Source: an uncultured Muribaculaceae bacterium
GTDB lineage: Bacteria; Bacillota_I; Bacilli_A; RF39; UBA660
Assembly: GCA_964529195.1 (NCBI GenBank)
Contig: CAZGWM010000002.1
Location: 1-41,791 of the forward strand
Reading direction: 5' to 3'
Length of the DNA: 41,791 nucleotides
In this document: in pieces, positions 32,362 to 41,791 of the stretch
How the letters are laid out: every line of letters starts with the position of its first letter
Position numbering within the stretch: position 1 is the first letter of the stretch
The notes under the pieces: generated by a model
What the model was told of the DNA's origin: nothing
Database searches by the model: none
The model's input: only the letters and a program-made list of their open reading frames with translations
Made by a program: the position numbers and the translations under genes

Positions 32362-33309
32362 TTGGCAAAATATAAATTAAAACCTGAAGCGAGAAAATAT
32401 TTATTTATATTAGTAGTAGGTTTAATATTACTCTTGTTTTTATTTAGTTCATATAAAAAATATAAATATAAGCAAAGTTATGAATATAAATTTACACTTC
32501 TAACTTACACACTTGATGAGTTTAATATATTAAATGATAAGTTTAGTGATAAAGAGTTAGATAAGCTTCTTACTATTTCTTATAATAAAAATATTCCTCT
32601 TTTATCTAAAGAAAAATACTTTATGTTTAAAAATGTTGAAAAGTATTTAAGTTATTTAAAAGAAAATAAAAATACTTCTTTAAGTAAAGTTATTTCTTTA
32701 GTTAATGTTAATAGAGATAAAGATTATTATAAAGATGTTATTAAAACTAGTTATACTGATAAAGAGTTAACTTTAGTAAATAAATATTATTATTTAGATA
32801 GTGATTATAAGCCAGATGATATTGTTAAAACTAGTGGTACTTATTCATATGCAGATAATTCTTTAAATAAAGAAGCTTATGAAGCTTTTCAGAATTTAAA
32901 TGAAGCTGCTAAATTAGAAGGTTACACCATTTTAATTAATTCATCATATAGAGATTATAAATATCAAGAAGATTTATATAACTCAAGGAAAAAATTATAC
33001 GGAACTAAAATAGCCGATGATTTTGTAGCAAGAGCTGGTCACTCAGAGCATCAAACAGGATACGCACTTGATGTATCAGATTATTATGATGAGGATGATG
33101 AGTTTGGTAAAACAGAGGCCTTTAAATGGATGAGTGAAAACTGTTATAAATTTGGTTATATTTTAAGATATCCAGAAGATAAAGAAGACATAACTGGATA
33201 TGGATATGAACCATGGCATTATAGATATGTCGGAGTTAAAGTAGCTAAAGTAATTTATGATGAAAATATTACTTTTGATGAATACTATGCATTTTATATA
33301 AATAAATAA
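32362..33309 (+). CDS. D-alanyl-D-alanine carboxypeptidase, VanY/peptidase M15B family (TTG start)
   Basis: N-terminal TM. SSYRDYKYQ, AGHSEHQTGYALD and EPWHYRYVG zinc-ligand motifs. Confidence 0.85.
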   Translation: MAKYKLKPEARKYLFILVVGLILLLFLFSSYKKYKYKQSYEYKFTLLTYTLDEFNILNDKFSDKELDKLLTISYNKNIPLLSKEKYFMFKNVEKYLSYLKENKNTSLSKVISLVNVNRDKDYYKDVIKTSYTDKELTLVNKYYYLDSDYKPDDIVKTSGTYSYADNSLNKEAYEAFQNLNEAAKLEGYTILINSSYRDYKYQEDLYNSRKKLYGTKIADDFVARAGHSEHQTGYALDVSDYYDEDDEFGKTEAFKWMSENCYKFGYILRYPEDKEDITGYGYEPWHYRYVGVKVAKVIYDENITFDEYYAFYINK

Positions 33310-33366
33310 GAAGTTTTACTTCTTTTTTATTTAGTGTTAATATATTTAAAGAAAAAGGAGGATACA

Positions 33367-35301
33367 ATGTTTAAACTAAAATCAAGTTTTACTCCAAGTG
33401 GAGATCAGCCTGAGGTAATAAAGAAACTTACCAAAGGTATTTTAGAAGGTAAAAAAAGTCAGGTCTTACTTGGCGCTACTGGTACTGGTAAGACTTTTAC
33501 GATTGCTAATGTAATTGCAAATGTAAATAAGCCTACTTTAGTTTTAGCTCATAATAAAACACTAGCTGGTCAGTTATACTCTGAATTTAAAGAATTATTT
33601 CCAGAAAATAGAGTTGAGTATTTTGTTTCTTATTATGATTACTATCAGCCTGAGGCGTATGTTCCTTCTAGTGATACTTATATTGAAAAAGATGCTGCTA
33701 TTAATGATGAGATAGATGAATTAAGACATGGCGCTACAAGTGCTTTAATTAATACTAAAGATGTTATTGTTGTTGCATCAGTATCATGTATTTATGGTAT
33801 TGGTGATGCTAAGGAATATATGAAAAATATGCTTATTTTATCTTTAGGTGATAAAGTTAAAAGAAATGATATTATCGAAAAATTAGTTTCAATGACATAT
33901 GAAAGAAATAATTTAGATTTTCATAGAGGTACTTTTAGAGTAAATGGTGATACGATTGATATAATTCCTGCTAGTGGAAGAAAAAACGGAATAAGAGTTG
34001 AGCTTTTCGGTGATGAAATAGATAGAATTACTGAGTTTGATGTTTTAACTGGTATTACAATTCAGAGTATTAAAAATATAAGCATCTACCCTGCTAGTCA
34101 CTTCGTAACTAGCAGGGAAAAGATGGATGAAGCTATTATAAGAATTGAAAAAGAAGCTGAAGAAAGATTAAAATATTTTGAGGAAAATGATAAATTTATT
34201 GAAAAACAAAGATTAAGTGAAAGAGTTAAATATGATATTGAAATGCTTAAAGAAACAGGTTTTTGTAACGGTGTTGAAAACTATGCAAGACATTTAGCTC
34301 TTAAAGCTGAAGGTGAAACTCCAAATACACTTATTGATTTTTTTGGAGATGATTTTCTTTTAGTAGTTGATGAATCACATGTTATGATCCCTCAAGTAAG
34401 GGCAATGTATAATGGTGATAGATCAAGAAAACAAACTCTTGTTGATTATGGTTTTAGACTTCCTAGTGCTCTTGATAACAGACCGCTTAAGTTTGATGAG
34501 TTTAATGATAAAATTAATCAGGCAATATATGTATCAGCTACTCCCGGTGATTATGAATTATCACTTGCTGATCCAGTTGAAAGTATTATTCGCCCTACTG
34601 GTCTTTTAGATCCAACTTTAGAAGTTAGAAAAACAGAAGGTCAAATTGATAATTTAATTGAAGAGATAAATAAAAGAACTTTAAGTAATGAAAGAGTTTT
34701 AATTACAACTCTTACAATAAGAATGGCTGAGGAGTTAACTAATTACTTAAAAGAATTAAATATTAAAGTAGCTTATCTTCACAGTGAGGTTAAAACTTTT
34801 GAAAGATTAAAAATAATAAGAGATTTAAGATTAGGTAAATATGATGTTTTAGTTGGAATAAATCTTTTAAGAGAAGGTCTTGATATCCCTGAGGTATCTT
34901 TGATTGCGATATTAGATGCTGATAAGCAAGGCTTTTTAAGAAGTGAGCGAAGCTTAATTCAAACTATTGGAAGAGCTGCTCGTAATGAAAATGGTCATGT
35001 TATAATGTATGCTGATCAAATAAGTGATGCTATGAAAAATGCTATTGATGAAACTAAACGAAGAAGAGATATTCAAATTAAATATAATAAAGATCATAAT
35101 ATTACTCCTAAAACAATTATTAAAGAAGTAAGAGATTTAATTTCAAATGAAGTTAAAGAAGATAAAGAAAAGTTAAGTCAAAAAGAAAAGAAAGATTTAT
35201 TATTAAATATTGAAAGAGAAATGAGAAATGCTGCTAAGGAATTAGACTTTGAAAGAGCAATGCAATTAAGAGACATTTTATTTGAAATGAAAGCAAAATA
35301 A
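33367..35301 (+). CDS. uvrB: Excinuclease ABC subunit B
   Basis: [15 protein letters not shown]..., [28 protein letters not shown], and the C-terminal [15 protein letters not shown] motif. ATG 33367 after AAGGAGG preferred over the GTG at 33334. Confidence 0.95.
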   Translation: MFKLKSSFTPSGDQPEVIKKLTKGILEGKKSQVLLGATGTGKTFTIANVIANVNKPTLVLAHNKTLAGQLYSEFKELFPENRVEYFVSYYDYYQPEAYVPSSDTYIEKDAAINDEIDELRHGATSALINTKDVIVVASVSCIYGIGDAKEYMKNMLILSLGDKVKRNDIIEKLVSMTYERNNLDFHRGTFRVNGDTIDIIPASGRKNGIRVELFGDEIDRITEFDVLTGITIQSIKNISIYPASHFVTSREKMDEAIIRIEKEAEERLKYFEENDKFIEKQRLSERVKYDIEMLKETGFCNGVENYARHLALKAEGETPNTLIDFFGDDFLLVVDESHVMIPQVRAMYNGDRSRKQTLVDYGFRLPSALDNRPLKFDEFNDKINQAIYVSATPGDYELSLADPVESIIRPTGLLDPTLEVRKTEGQIDNLIEEINKRTLSNERVLITTLTIRMAEELTNYLKELNIKVAYLHSEVKTFERLKIIRDLRLGKYDVLVGINLLREGLDIPEVSLIAILDADKQGFLRSERSLIQTIGRAARNENGHVIMYADQISDAMKNAIDETKRRRDIQIKYNKDHNITPKTIIKEVRDLISNEVKEDKEKLSQKEKKDLLLNIEREMRNAAKELDFERAMQLRDILFEMKAK

Positions 35302-35326
35302 AAACACATTTAAATGTGTTTTTTAA
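35300..35326. terminator. Bidirectional terminator between uvrB and the convergent operon
   Basis: Perfect palindrome AAAACACATTTAAATGTGTTTT followed by a T-run. Confidence 0.75.
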
Positions 35327-35347
35327 TTAAGTATTATAATTTTATAT

Positions 35348-36010
35348 TTATTTTTCATCAAGTAATATAAATATCATTCTTATTAAATCTAGCGCAGTAG
35401 ATAAGACTCCTGCTATATATGTAAAAGCAGCAGATCTTAGCATTTTATTAACGCCTTCATTTTGATTTGTTAAGTTTAATTTTTCTATTTCTTTTTTTGC
35501 TCTTTTGGTTGCATCAAATTCAACTGGTAGCGTTATTAATTGGAAAATTAATCCAAGGGCAATCATGATTACTGATGCCCACATTAAATCAGCATATTCT
35601 AGTATTAGTCCTACTATTAAAATAAAGTATGCTATTTTTGTTCCTAAGTTTATAATAGGAAATATAAAGCTTCTTAATCTCATAAAGAAGTATTCTTCTT
35701 TATCCTGAATTGCATGTCCACATTCATGTGCTGCTATTGCAAGTGATGCAATACTTGTTCCATCATAAACTGCTTTTGATAGTCTTACTGTTTTTCTAGA
35801 TGAGTCATAGTGATCTGTCATCGTTCCTTTTATAGATACGATATACATATCTTCTAAGTTATTTTCATCTAATATTTTTCTTGCTACCTCATAGCCAGTT
35901 ATGTTTTTGTTATTTTTTACTTTCATAAATTTATTATAATTTATTTTTACGTATATTTGAGCAATTAAAGGTAATATTAATATTAATAAAAGTAATGTTA
36001 TGTTATCCAT
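35348..36010 (-). CDS. YugP-like membrane Zn metallopeptidase
   Basis: HECGHAIQ HExxH motif between TM helices. Size and layout match the YugP family. Overlaps the cysS stop by 8 nt. Confidence 0.8.
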   Translation of the reverse strand: MDNITLLLLILILPLIAQIYVKINYNKFMKVKNNKNITGYEVARKILDENNLEDMYIVSIKGTMTDHYDSSRKTVRLSKAVYDGTSIASLAIAAHECGHAIQDKEEYFFMRLRSFIFPIINLGTKIAYFILIVGLILEYADLMWASVIMIALGLIFQLITLPVEFDATKRAKKEIEKLNLTNQNEGVNKMLRSAAFTYIAGVLSTALDLIRMIFILLDEK

Positions 36011-37400
36011 TATTCACCTCTTTATATTTAGTTCCTTCTTTAGTATCAATTAAAGTTATTCCTCGTTCAAGTAGTTCATCTCTTATTGAATCAGCTAGTT
36101 CATAGTCTTTTTTAGTTTTGGCTTTATCTCTAGCTTTTATTAATTTCATTATGTTTTCATGGTCTTTACTTTTTTCTGTTTCTTTTAGTAAATCTAAACT
36201 TAATACTTTATCAAAGTCGTGAATTAATTCATATTTAGTAAATCCATTTACCATTTCATTTCTTAGTAGTTCATGAAGTATAGTTATTGCATTAGCAGTA
36301 TTTAAATCATCTTCAAGAGCATTTATAAATTTACCTATGTAATAATTAAATGCAGCTTCGTCTAAATCACCATCTTTTTCAAGAAGTGATATTCGGTTTA
36401 ATATTTTTTTATATTCATTTTCAGCAGTATTTAATCCAGTATAAGTAAATGTTAACTGACTTCTATAATGACTATTTAAGCACATATATCTAAATGCAAG
36501 TGGGTTATATCCTTTTTCTATTAATGTTTTTATAGTTAAAGTAGCTCCCTTACTTTTACTCATCTTACCAGATTCATCTAGTAAGTGTTCATTATGAAAC
36601 CAGTAGTTACACCATTTATGTCCAACATATGCTTCACTTTGAGCTATTTCATTAGTGTGGTGAGGAAATATATTATCTACTCCACCACCATGAATATCAA
36701 CATAATCACCAGCGTGAGTTAAACATATTCCAGAGCACTCAATATGCCATCCTGGATAACCTGTTCCCCATGGAGATTCCCATTTCAGTTCTTGATCATC
36801 AAATTTTGATTTAGTAAACCAAAGCACAAAGTCAGCTTGATTATTTTTACTTTCATCATTTAAAACACCTTCTCTAGCTCCAACTAATAACTCATCTTCT
36901 TTATGATTTGTTAGCTGGTAGTAATTAGGTACTTTTGATGTATCAAAGTATATGTTTCCACCACTTATATAAGCATACTTTTTTTCTAGTAACTGACTTA
37001 TTATTTCAATATATTTATCAATATTATTAGTAGCTTTTGATACTATTTCAGGTACTTTATTATTTACTAAGTTAAAATCTTCAAAGAATTTATCTGTGTA
37101 GTGTTCTGCTATTGCTAAAACAGATTTTCCTTCTCTTTTAGCGGTTTCAACCATTTTATCATCACCGTAATCTGAATCACCTGTTAAGTGGCCAACATCA
37201 GTTATGTTCATTATTCTTTTTACATCATAACCAAGTAATCTTAAAGTTTTATCTAAAACATCATGTCCAATATAGTTTCTCATATTCCCTATATGCTGAT
37301 CATGATATACAGTAGGACCACATGTATAGAAGGTTACTTTACCTTCTTCTCTTGGAATAAATTCTTCTACTTTTTTACTTAGGGTGTTATAAAACTTCAT
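36003..37400 (-). CDS. cysS: Cysteine--tRNA ligase
   Basis: Class I motifs YHDQHIGNMRNY (HIGH-type) and GKMSKSKG (KMSKS). WHIECS zinc site. ATG 37400 after GGAGAG preferred over 37415. Confidence 0.95.
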   Translation of the reverse strand: MKFYNTLSKKVEEFIPREEGKVTFYTCGPTVYHDQHIGNMRNYIGHDVLDKTLRLLGYDVKRIMNITDVGHLTGDSDYGDDKMVETAKREGKSVLAIAEHYTDKFFEDFNLVNNKVPEIVSKATNNIDKYIEIISQLLEKKYAYISGGNIYFDTSKVPNYYQLTNHKEDELLVGAREGVLNDESKNNQADFVLWFTKSKFDDQELKWESPWGTGYPGWHIECSGICLTHAGDYVDIHGGGVDNIFPHHTNEIAQSEAYVGHKWCNYWFHNEHLLDESGKMSKSKGATLTIKTLIEKGYNPLAFRYMCLNSHYRSQLTFTYTGLNTAENEYKKILNRISLLEKDGDLDEAAFNYYIGKFINALEDDLNTANAITILHELLRNEMVNGFTKYELIHDFDKVLSLDLLKETEKSKDHENIMKLIKARDKAKTKKDYELADSIRDELLERGITLIDTKEGTKYKEVNNG

Positions 37401-37453
37401 ATTATCTCTCCTCATTAGTTATTTTATCATTTTTTTATATTTATTTAAAGAAT

Positions 37454-38137
37454 TCATTTTAATTTTTCGACAAGTGCCATTATAAATTCTAGGTTAGTTG
37501 GTCTTTCTTTTTCATAATCAATACTGTTTCCAAATATTTCGATGATTGTATTATAATCTCCTTTATCCCAGCCCATCTCTATTGCTCTTCTTATTGCTCT
37601 TTCAACTGATGCTGCCGTTGTATTAAATTTATTTGCTATAAAAGGATATATGTATTTAGTTATTTTATTTTTTTGTGAAGGATTTTCAATTAGGAACATA
37701 ATTATTTCTTTTAAATAACAATGTCCTTTTACACTGTAGGCTATTCCTAGTCTGCATAAAACTCTTATTGTTTTGTTTTTACATCTATCACTATTTACTA
37801 TTTTTTCTGAATCTATTATTGTTGCACTTATATTTATATTTTCTAATATTTTTACAGAATCATTTAAGTTAAGACCAGTTATTATAATAGTACTATAACT
37901 TATTAGTTCTTTTATTATATTTAAAGTTTGTTTTTTATAGTTATGATCAGCATCATTTAAATCAGTTAAAGCAACATCATATAAAGAAGGATTAGTTAGT
38001 AAATTAAGTAATGTTTCTCTTGAGTGATATATGTTACTATTTGCGCTTAATTCAGTTTTTAAAGTGAAGTTTTCATATACTTCTTTTGGTATTTCTTTTT
38101 CATTTCTAAGAAGAAATATGTTTATTCTAGTTTTCAA
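37454..38137 (-). CDS. spo0A: Spo0A-like transcription factor with degenerate receiver domain (TTG start)
   Basis: The C-terminus LGIAYSVKGHCYLKEII...ITKYIYPFIANKFNTTAASVERAIRRAIEMGW...FGNSIDYEKERPTNLEFIMALVEKL closely follows the Spo0A effector-domain signature. In the N-terminal REC-like region, LRN replaces the acidic DD pair and no conserved Lys is visible. Confidence 0.75.
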   Translation of the reverse strand: MKTRINIFLLRNEKEIPKEVYENFTLKTELSANSNIYHSRETLLNLLTNPSLYDVALTDLNDADHNYKKQTLNIIKELISYSTIIITGLNLNDSVKILENINISATIIDSEKIVNSDRCKNKTIRVLCRLGIAYSVKGHCYLKEIIMFLIENPSQKNKITKYIYPFIANKFNTTAASVERAIRRAIEMGWDKGDYNTIIEIFGNSIDYEKERPTNLEFIMALVEKLK

Positions 38138-38185
38138 GTTGATGCCTATTTTCTATCTTTTAGTAATTATAGTATATAAGCAATT

Positions 38186-38207
38186 AAAAAAACAGATTAA
38201 TATCTGC
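38186..38207 (-). terminator. Possible short-stem terminator after the Hpt-REC gene
   Basis: Minus strand CAGAT-ATTA-ATCTG overlapping the stop, followed by TTTTTTT. Only a 5-bp stem. Confidence 0.35.
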
Positions 38208-38982
38208 TTTTAGATTCGATTGTTCGATTTAAAATTGTTTTAGCACTTTCAGGTGAAAAAGGCTTTTTTAGTATATCTACAATTGGATATTCAAATGCAT
38301 TTAGCTTTATATTTTTATCATCATTACCAGTTACGATTGATACTGGTATTTTATCAAATAAGTTATTTTCTTTCATAAATTCAAGGACTTTAAATCCATC
38401 TACTCTTGGCATACTTAAATCTAGTAAGAAAGCTTTTATATTATTATTCTCTCTTAAATGGTTCATTGCTATTTCACCATCATTTGCCACTAAGACATCA
38501 TATTCTTTTTCAAATATTTTAATTAGGAATTTAGTTATTATTTCAGAATCATCTGCTACTAAGATTGTATCTCTTAAAGGTGCATAGCTATCTAACTCAA
38601 GTCTTTCGGTTTGATCGTTTGTATCTGAGTTTAAATACCTTCTAACTAAGTCTACTATTTTATTAGCTTCATTCATTAGACTATTGTAATGTTCATTTAC
38701 ATAACTAAAGTTATTTTCTTTACTTTTTATTTCATGTTCGTAAGCCATTTCTCCAAGTAAAGTAAAACCAAAGTATCTTGCATCACTTTTAAGTGAGTGA
38801 ACAAGGATGGCATAATTCGGCATATCTTTCATTTCTTTAAAGTGAGATATTTTATATAGTTTATTTTCCACCTCAGCCATGAAGTCTCCTAAAGATTCAT
38901 TATACATATCCATATCTCCAAAAAGTTCTAGGCTTTTATCTAAGTCTACACCATTTTGAAGTAGTAAGTTTTTATCTTTCAT
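38197..38982 (-). CDS. Hpt-receiver hybrid phosphotransfer protein
   Basis: The N-terminal Hpt motif AILVHSLKSDARYFGF, then a complete REC: ILVADDSE, AFLLDLSMPRVDG, VSIVTG, LKKPF. ATG 38982 after GGAAGAGG preferred over the TTG at 38991. Confidence 0.8.
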   Translation of the reverse strand: MKDKNLLLQNGVDLDKSLELFGDMDMYNESLGDFMAEVENKLYKISHFKEMKDMPNYAILVHSLKSDARYFGFTLLGEMAYEHEIKSKENNFSYVNEHYNSLMNEANKIVDLVRRYLNSDTNDQTERLELDSYAPLRDTILVADDSEIITKFLIKIFEKEYDVLVANDGEIAMNHLRENNNIKAFLLDLSMPRVDGFKVLEFMKENNLFDKIPVSIVTGNDDKNIKLNAFEYPIVDILKKPFSPESAKTILNRTIESKSRY

Positions 38983-39007
38983 TATAATCAAACCTCTTCC
39001 TAGGTTA

Positions 39008-39036
39008 ATTATAGCATTTTAATTTTTAACAAACAA
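39008..39036 (-). promoter_or_regulatory. Sigma-A-type promoter with extended -10 for the Hpt-REC gene
   Basis: Minus strand TTGTTT, 17 nt, TGcTATAAT, directly after the terminator at 39052..39081. Confidence 0.5.
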
Positions 39037-39051
39037 TTATAATTTATTGCA

Positions 39052-39081
39052 AGGGAAAAAAGTGCTCTTTTAAGCACTTTT
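39052..39081 (-). terminator. Rho-independent terminator after the 198-aa gene
   Basis: Minus strand AAAAGTGCT-TAAAAG-AGCACTTTT spanning the stop codon, followed by TTTTTCCC. Confidence 0.6.
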
Positions 39082-39666
39082 AAATTCAGCTACATAATAT
39101 AAATTGTTTTTCTCTATTACAATTATAGATGCTTTATCATCATAACCTATTTGTTTTTCATATTCAACTTTTATTTGAAATTCATATCCATTATACACTT
39201 CTTTGTCTATTTCAAATTCTATTTCTTTTACATCCTCTATTAAAACAGATGTTACTAAAGGAAGGTCTGTATTTTTTTTATTATTGTTTTCAACATATTT
39301 ATATAATGTATTTACAACATTTAATTTATAATTATCTACTATATCCGGATATACGTACTGAGTAGGTACATCATATTTACTTGTTTTATTTGATATAGTG
39401 TATAAATCAATAAAAAATAACTTGGCTATGCTGCTTGCATACTCTTTTTTATCTATTTCTTTTGTTTCTAAGTTATCTTTTAATATTTTAAACTCATCTT
39501 TTAGTAAAGGTGTTGCTTTAGAATCTAGTACGTAAGGATATCCTTTTATTTTAGATATGCTTTTAGTTTCATCTTCATCTTTTTTTAAAAGTAAGTTATA
39601 CGCCACTCCACCTGCTGAATAAAGTAAAACAACAAAGAGTAAGCCAAGAATTATTTTCTTTTTCAT
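39070..39666 (-). CDS. Hypothetical membrane-anchored or secreted protein
   Basis: 198-aa ORF with AGAGGTAA RBS and an N-terminal hydrophobic helix. Abuts the LtaS-like gene. Confidence 0.6.
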   Translation of the reverse strand: MKKKIILGLLFVVLLYSAGGVAYNLLLKKDEDETKSISKIKGYPYVLDSKATPLLKDEFKILKDNLETKEIDKKEYASSIAKLFFIDLYTISNKTSKYDVPTQYVYPDIVDNYKLNVVNTLYKYVENNNKKNTDLPLVTSVLIEDVKEIEFEIDKEVYNGYEFQIKVEYEKQIGYDDKASIIVIEKNNLYYVAEFKSA

Positions 39667-39667
39667 A

Positions 39668-41638
39668 TTACCTCTTTTTATTATCTTCTTTTAATAGATT
39701 GTGAACTATTATGCCATTTGATACTTCAATTATTTTATCTGTATATTCTTTGCACTCTTTTATATAATCTTCACTTAGTACTTCATCTATTGTTAGAGTT
39801 TTATATTCTTCTTTTGAGTTATTATAATACACTTTATTTGTTAGGAAGTTTCCATTAGGAAATGCAATTATATTATCATTTTGTATTTCGAATATATCAT
39901 TTCCCATAGCATATTTATTATATATACCAAGCATATTACCTACTGTAGGCATTACATCTATCATTCCCATATAGTAATCAATTTTTGTTTTAAATTGTTT
40001 TTTCTTAGTCCATATTATTAATGGAGTTTTTCTGTTTAATTCATTTGCGTAATAATCATAATTTGTGTATTCTTCATCTTCTTCGGTGTAAAACTCACCT
40101 GTTTCAGAATTGAAGTTATAATATAAATTAAATTCTTTTAATGATAATTTTGGGTCATGATCTCCATAAAAGACAAATACTGTATCATCATAGTAATTAC
40201 TTTTTCTTACATAATCCATAAACTCACCTAGTGCATAATCAGCATAATGAGCACTTTTTATATACTCACCTAGTTTATAATCTTCCATATAAACTTTAGT
40301 CTTCTCACCAGCGTAATTTTCTGGCATTAAGTTTAAATCTATTTGCTCAAATAAGTCATTATTTGCAAATGGAGTGTGGTGACTTAATGTAATTATTGTT
40401 CCCATATACTTTTCGTTTTGATCTTCTATTTCTTCTAGGATTGGTTTTAACTGATTGAAAAATGATTTATCAGATAAGCCAAGCCCAATTAATTCATCTA
40501 TTTCAAAATTAGACTCAGCATAAAATTTATCATATCCTAAACTAGGATGCATTTTATCTCTATTCCACATACTAGCATTATTAGCATGTGTACTAAAGGT
40601 ATAATATCCCTTGTCCTTTAGTAATTTAGGTACTGAAATATATTCTCTATCAAAGTAGTTTACAAATGCCGTTCCATTTAATACAGGCATTAATGAAGTA
40701 TTTAATGTAAATTCTGTATCACTACTTGTTCCTACTCCTATTTGAGGATAGAAGTTTGAAAAGAACATTCCTTCTTTAGATAGTTTATTTATATTAGGAG
40801 TTATTACTTCTCCTTTTACTTCTAAATCAATTAAAAAGGTATTAATACTTTCCATATGGATGAAGATAACATTTTTATCTTTGTATATATCAGTATACTT
40901 ATTATTACTTTTTTTATTTTGATTTAATTCCATATAATCATTAAAATTTTTAAGAGCTACATCATAACCAAACCAAGATACTATTGCTGGTTTTAATGTG
41001 TTACCTAAATCATTTAATTGATATGTTATTATTCCAAATTTAGTTACAATATATTCTCTATTCCACTGTTTTGATAATCTACTTAAAGCAGTTCCAGATA
41101 AAGTATAAGATACTAGCATTATCATTGATAAAGCTGTTACTAAAACATATCTAAATATTTTTTTTCCTTTTTCAAATTTAGCTACATAGTTAAAGTAATC
41201 TTTATTTTTTAATCTTCTATTTATATATATAAATGTTAAAGGAAATAATATATATATAAACTGAGATAACTCTATTTTATCAAAGACAGCATCTCCAACT
41301 TCACCTACTTGTTTTAAAGTTGTAAGTAAACTAAATGATGCAAATGAACTATAAAATTTATAATATATAGTATTAATAACTGATATAGTTGTGTAAAACA
41401 ACATTACAATAAAATAGTAATTAAATTGTTTTTGTGGTTTATAAAAGAATCCAAATGATCCAATTACTAAGATTAAAGATAAGTCAAAAAAGAATGACTG
41501 CCACTCTATATTACCAACAGTTACAAATTTAACTAAACTGCAGCACATTAAAGAAAGTATTACATATGCTGTAAATTGTCTATTATATTTAAAGAACTCA
41601 AATAATTTGTTTTTAAAATTAATTATCTTTTTTTTCAT
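39668..41638 (-). CDS. ltaS: LtaS-type lipoteichoic acid synthase / sulfatase family membrane protein
   Basis: About five N-terminal TM helices followed by an extracellular sulfatase-type domain (VIFIHMESINTF, GVGTSSDTEF, TLSHHTPF, GDHDP). Confidence 0.85.
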   Translation of the reverse strand: MKKKIINFKNKLFEFFKYNRQFTAYVILSLMCCSLVKFVTVGNIEWQSFFFDLSLILVIGSFGFFYKPQKQFNYYFIVMLFYTTISVINTIYYKFYSSFASFSLLTTLKQVGEVGDAVFDKIELSQFIYILFPLTFIYINRRLKNKDYFNYVAKFEKGKKIFRYVLVTALSMIMLVSYTLSGTALSRLSKQWNREYIVTKFGIITYQLNDLGNTLKPAIVSWFGYDVALKNFNDYMELNQNKKSNNKYTDIYKDKNVIFIHMESINTFLIDLEVKGEVITPNINKLSKEGMFFSNFYPQIGVGTSSDTEFTLNTSLMPVLNGTAFVNYFDREYISVPKLLKDKGYYTFSTHANNASMWNRDKMHPSLGYDKFYAESNFEIDELIGLGLSDKSFFNQLKPILEEIEDQNEKYMGTIITLSHHTPFANNDLFEQIDLNLMPENYAGEKTKVYMEDYKLGEYIKSAHYADYALGEFMDYVRKSNYYDDTVFVFYGDHDPKLSLKEFNLYYNFNSETGEFYTEEDEEYTNYDYYANELNRKTPLIIWTKKKQFKTKIDYYMGMIDVMPTVGNMLGIYNKYAMGNDIFEIQNDNIIAFPNGNFLTNKVYYNNSKEEYKTLTIDEVLSEDYIKECKEYTDKIIEVSNGIIVHNLLKEDNKKR

Positions 41639-41698
41639 TTTTTATCCTTTTTTATATTAATAATTGTATCATAATTGCTTTAAAATTGCATTTCATTA

Positions 41699-41727
41699 TT
41701 GAAAAATAAGGTTTTATTTGATAAGAT
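41699..41727 (+). promoter_or_regulatory. Sigma-A-type promoter for tRNA-Gly
   Basis: TTGAAA, 17 nt, TAAGAT ending 10 nt before the tRNA 5' end. Confidence 0.5.
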
Positions 41728-41737
41728 TACTTTACGT

Positions 41738-41791
41738 GCAGGTGTAGTATAATGGTTATTACTTGTCGTTGCCAACGATAAGATGCGGGTT
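41738..41791 (+). tRNA. tRNA-Gly (anticodon GCC), 3' part cut off by window edge
   Basis: GCAGGTG-TA-GTAT-AATGGTT-ATTAC-T-TGTCG-TTGCCAA-CGATA-AGATG-CGGGTT...; anticodon stem pairs, anticodon GCC. Confidence 0.88.

Noticed and set aside
33334-33366. GTG-initiated 11-codon extension of uvrB
   Set aside because: ATG 33367 is preceded by AAGGAGG at ideal spacing and yields the canonical UvrB N-terminus.
35301-35348. Absence of uvrA downstream of uvrB
   Set aside because: A clean bidirectional terminator and a convergent operon follow uvrB. Split uvrB/uvrA arrangements occur, and nothing in the sequence suggests a deletion scar.
37401-37453. Expected T-box leader upstream of cysS
   Set aside because: Only ~50 nt separate cysS from the upstream gene, far too short for a T-box. 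cysS is probably co-transcribed with the Spo0A-like gene.

Overview
Very AT-rich Gram-positive (Bacillota-type) chromosomal window, coded almost entirely on the minus strand.

The edges are housekeeping:
- a six-gene tRNA array (transcribed Leu-Val-Thr-Tyr-Gln-Lys, 1-489) and a partial tRNA-Gly (41738-41791);
- an S1-domain protein, NifU-like protein, YutD-like protein, ferredoxin and TrmL;
- a LemA/DUF2207 pair, a CBS-containing family II pyrophosphatase and a VanY-type carboxypeptidase;
- UvrB, a YugP-like Zn peptidase and CysS;
- a Spo0A-like regulator next to an Hpt-REC hybrid, and an LtaS-type sulfatase.

The centre (about 5.5-27.6 kb) is a ~22-kb accessory island. I read it as a greatly expanded SipW/TasA-type (camelysin / peptidase M73 superfamily) surface-fibre or matrix locus. 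It contains:
- ten exported proteins whose hydrophobic N-terminal helix ends in the same T-[YL]-[ASL]-x-[FYL] motif, resembling the SipW-cognate signal class. They include five paralogues of one family and a 1157-aa beta-helix/Ig adhesin-like protein;
- three archaeal-type (S26B, SipW-like) signal peptidase paralogues: one canonical, one fused to a ~570-aa acidic cytoplasmic extension, and one that has lost the catalytic Ser;
- a membrane-anchored McrB-like AAA+ GTPase, translationally coupled in the same operon as the fused peptidase, plus a McrC/DUF2357-like partner with no visible nuclease motif.

I do not know this combination as a described system, and it is the main novelty candidate. 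No rRNA, CRISPR array, transposase or integrase was seen. All family assignments come from reading motifs by eye and need profile or structure searches to confirm.
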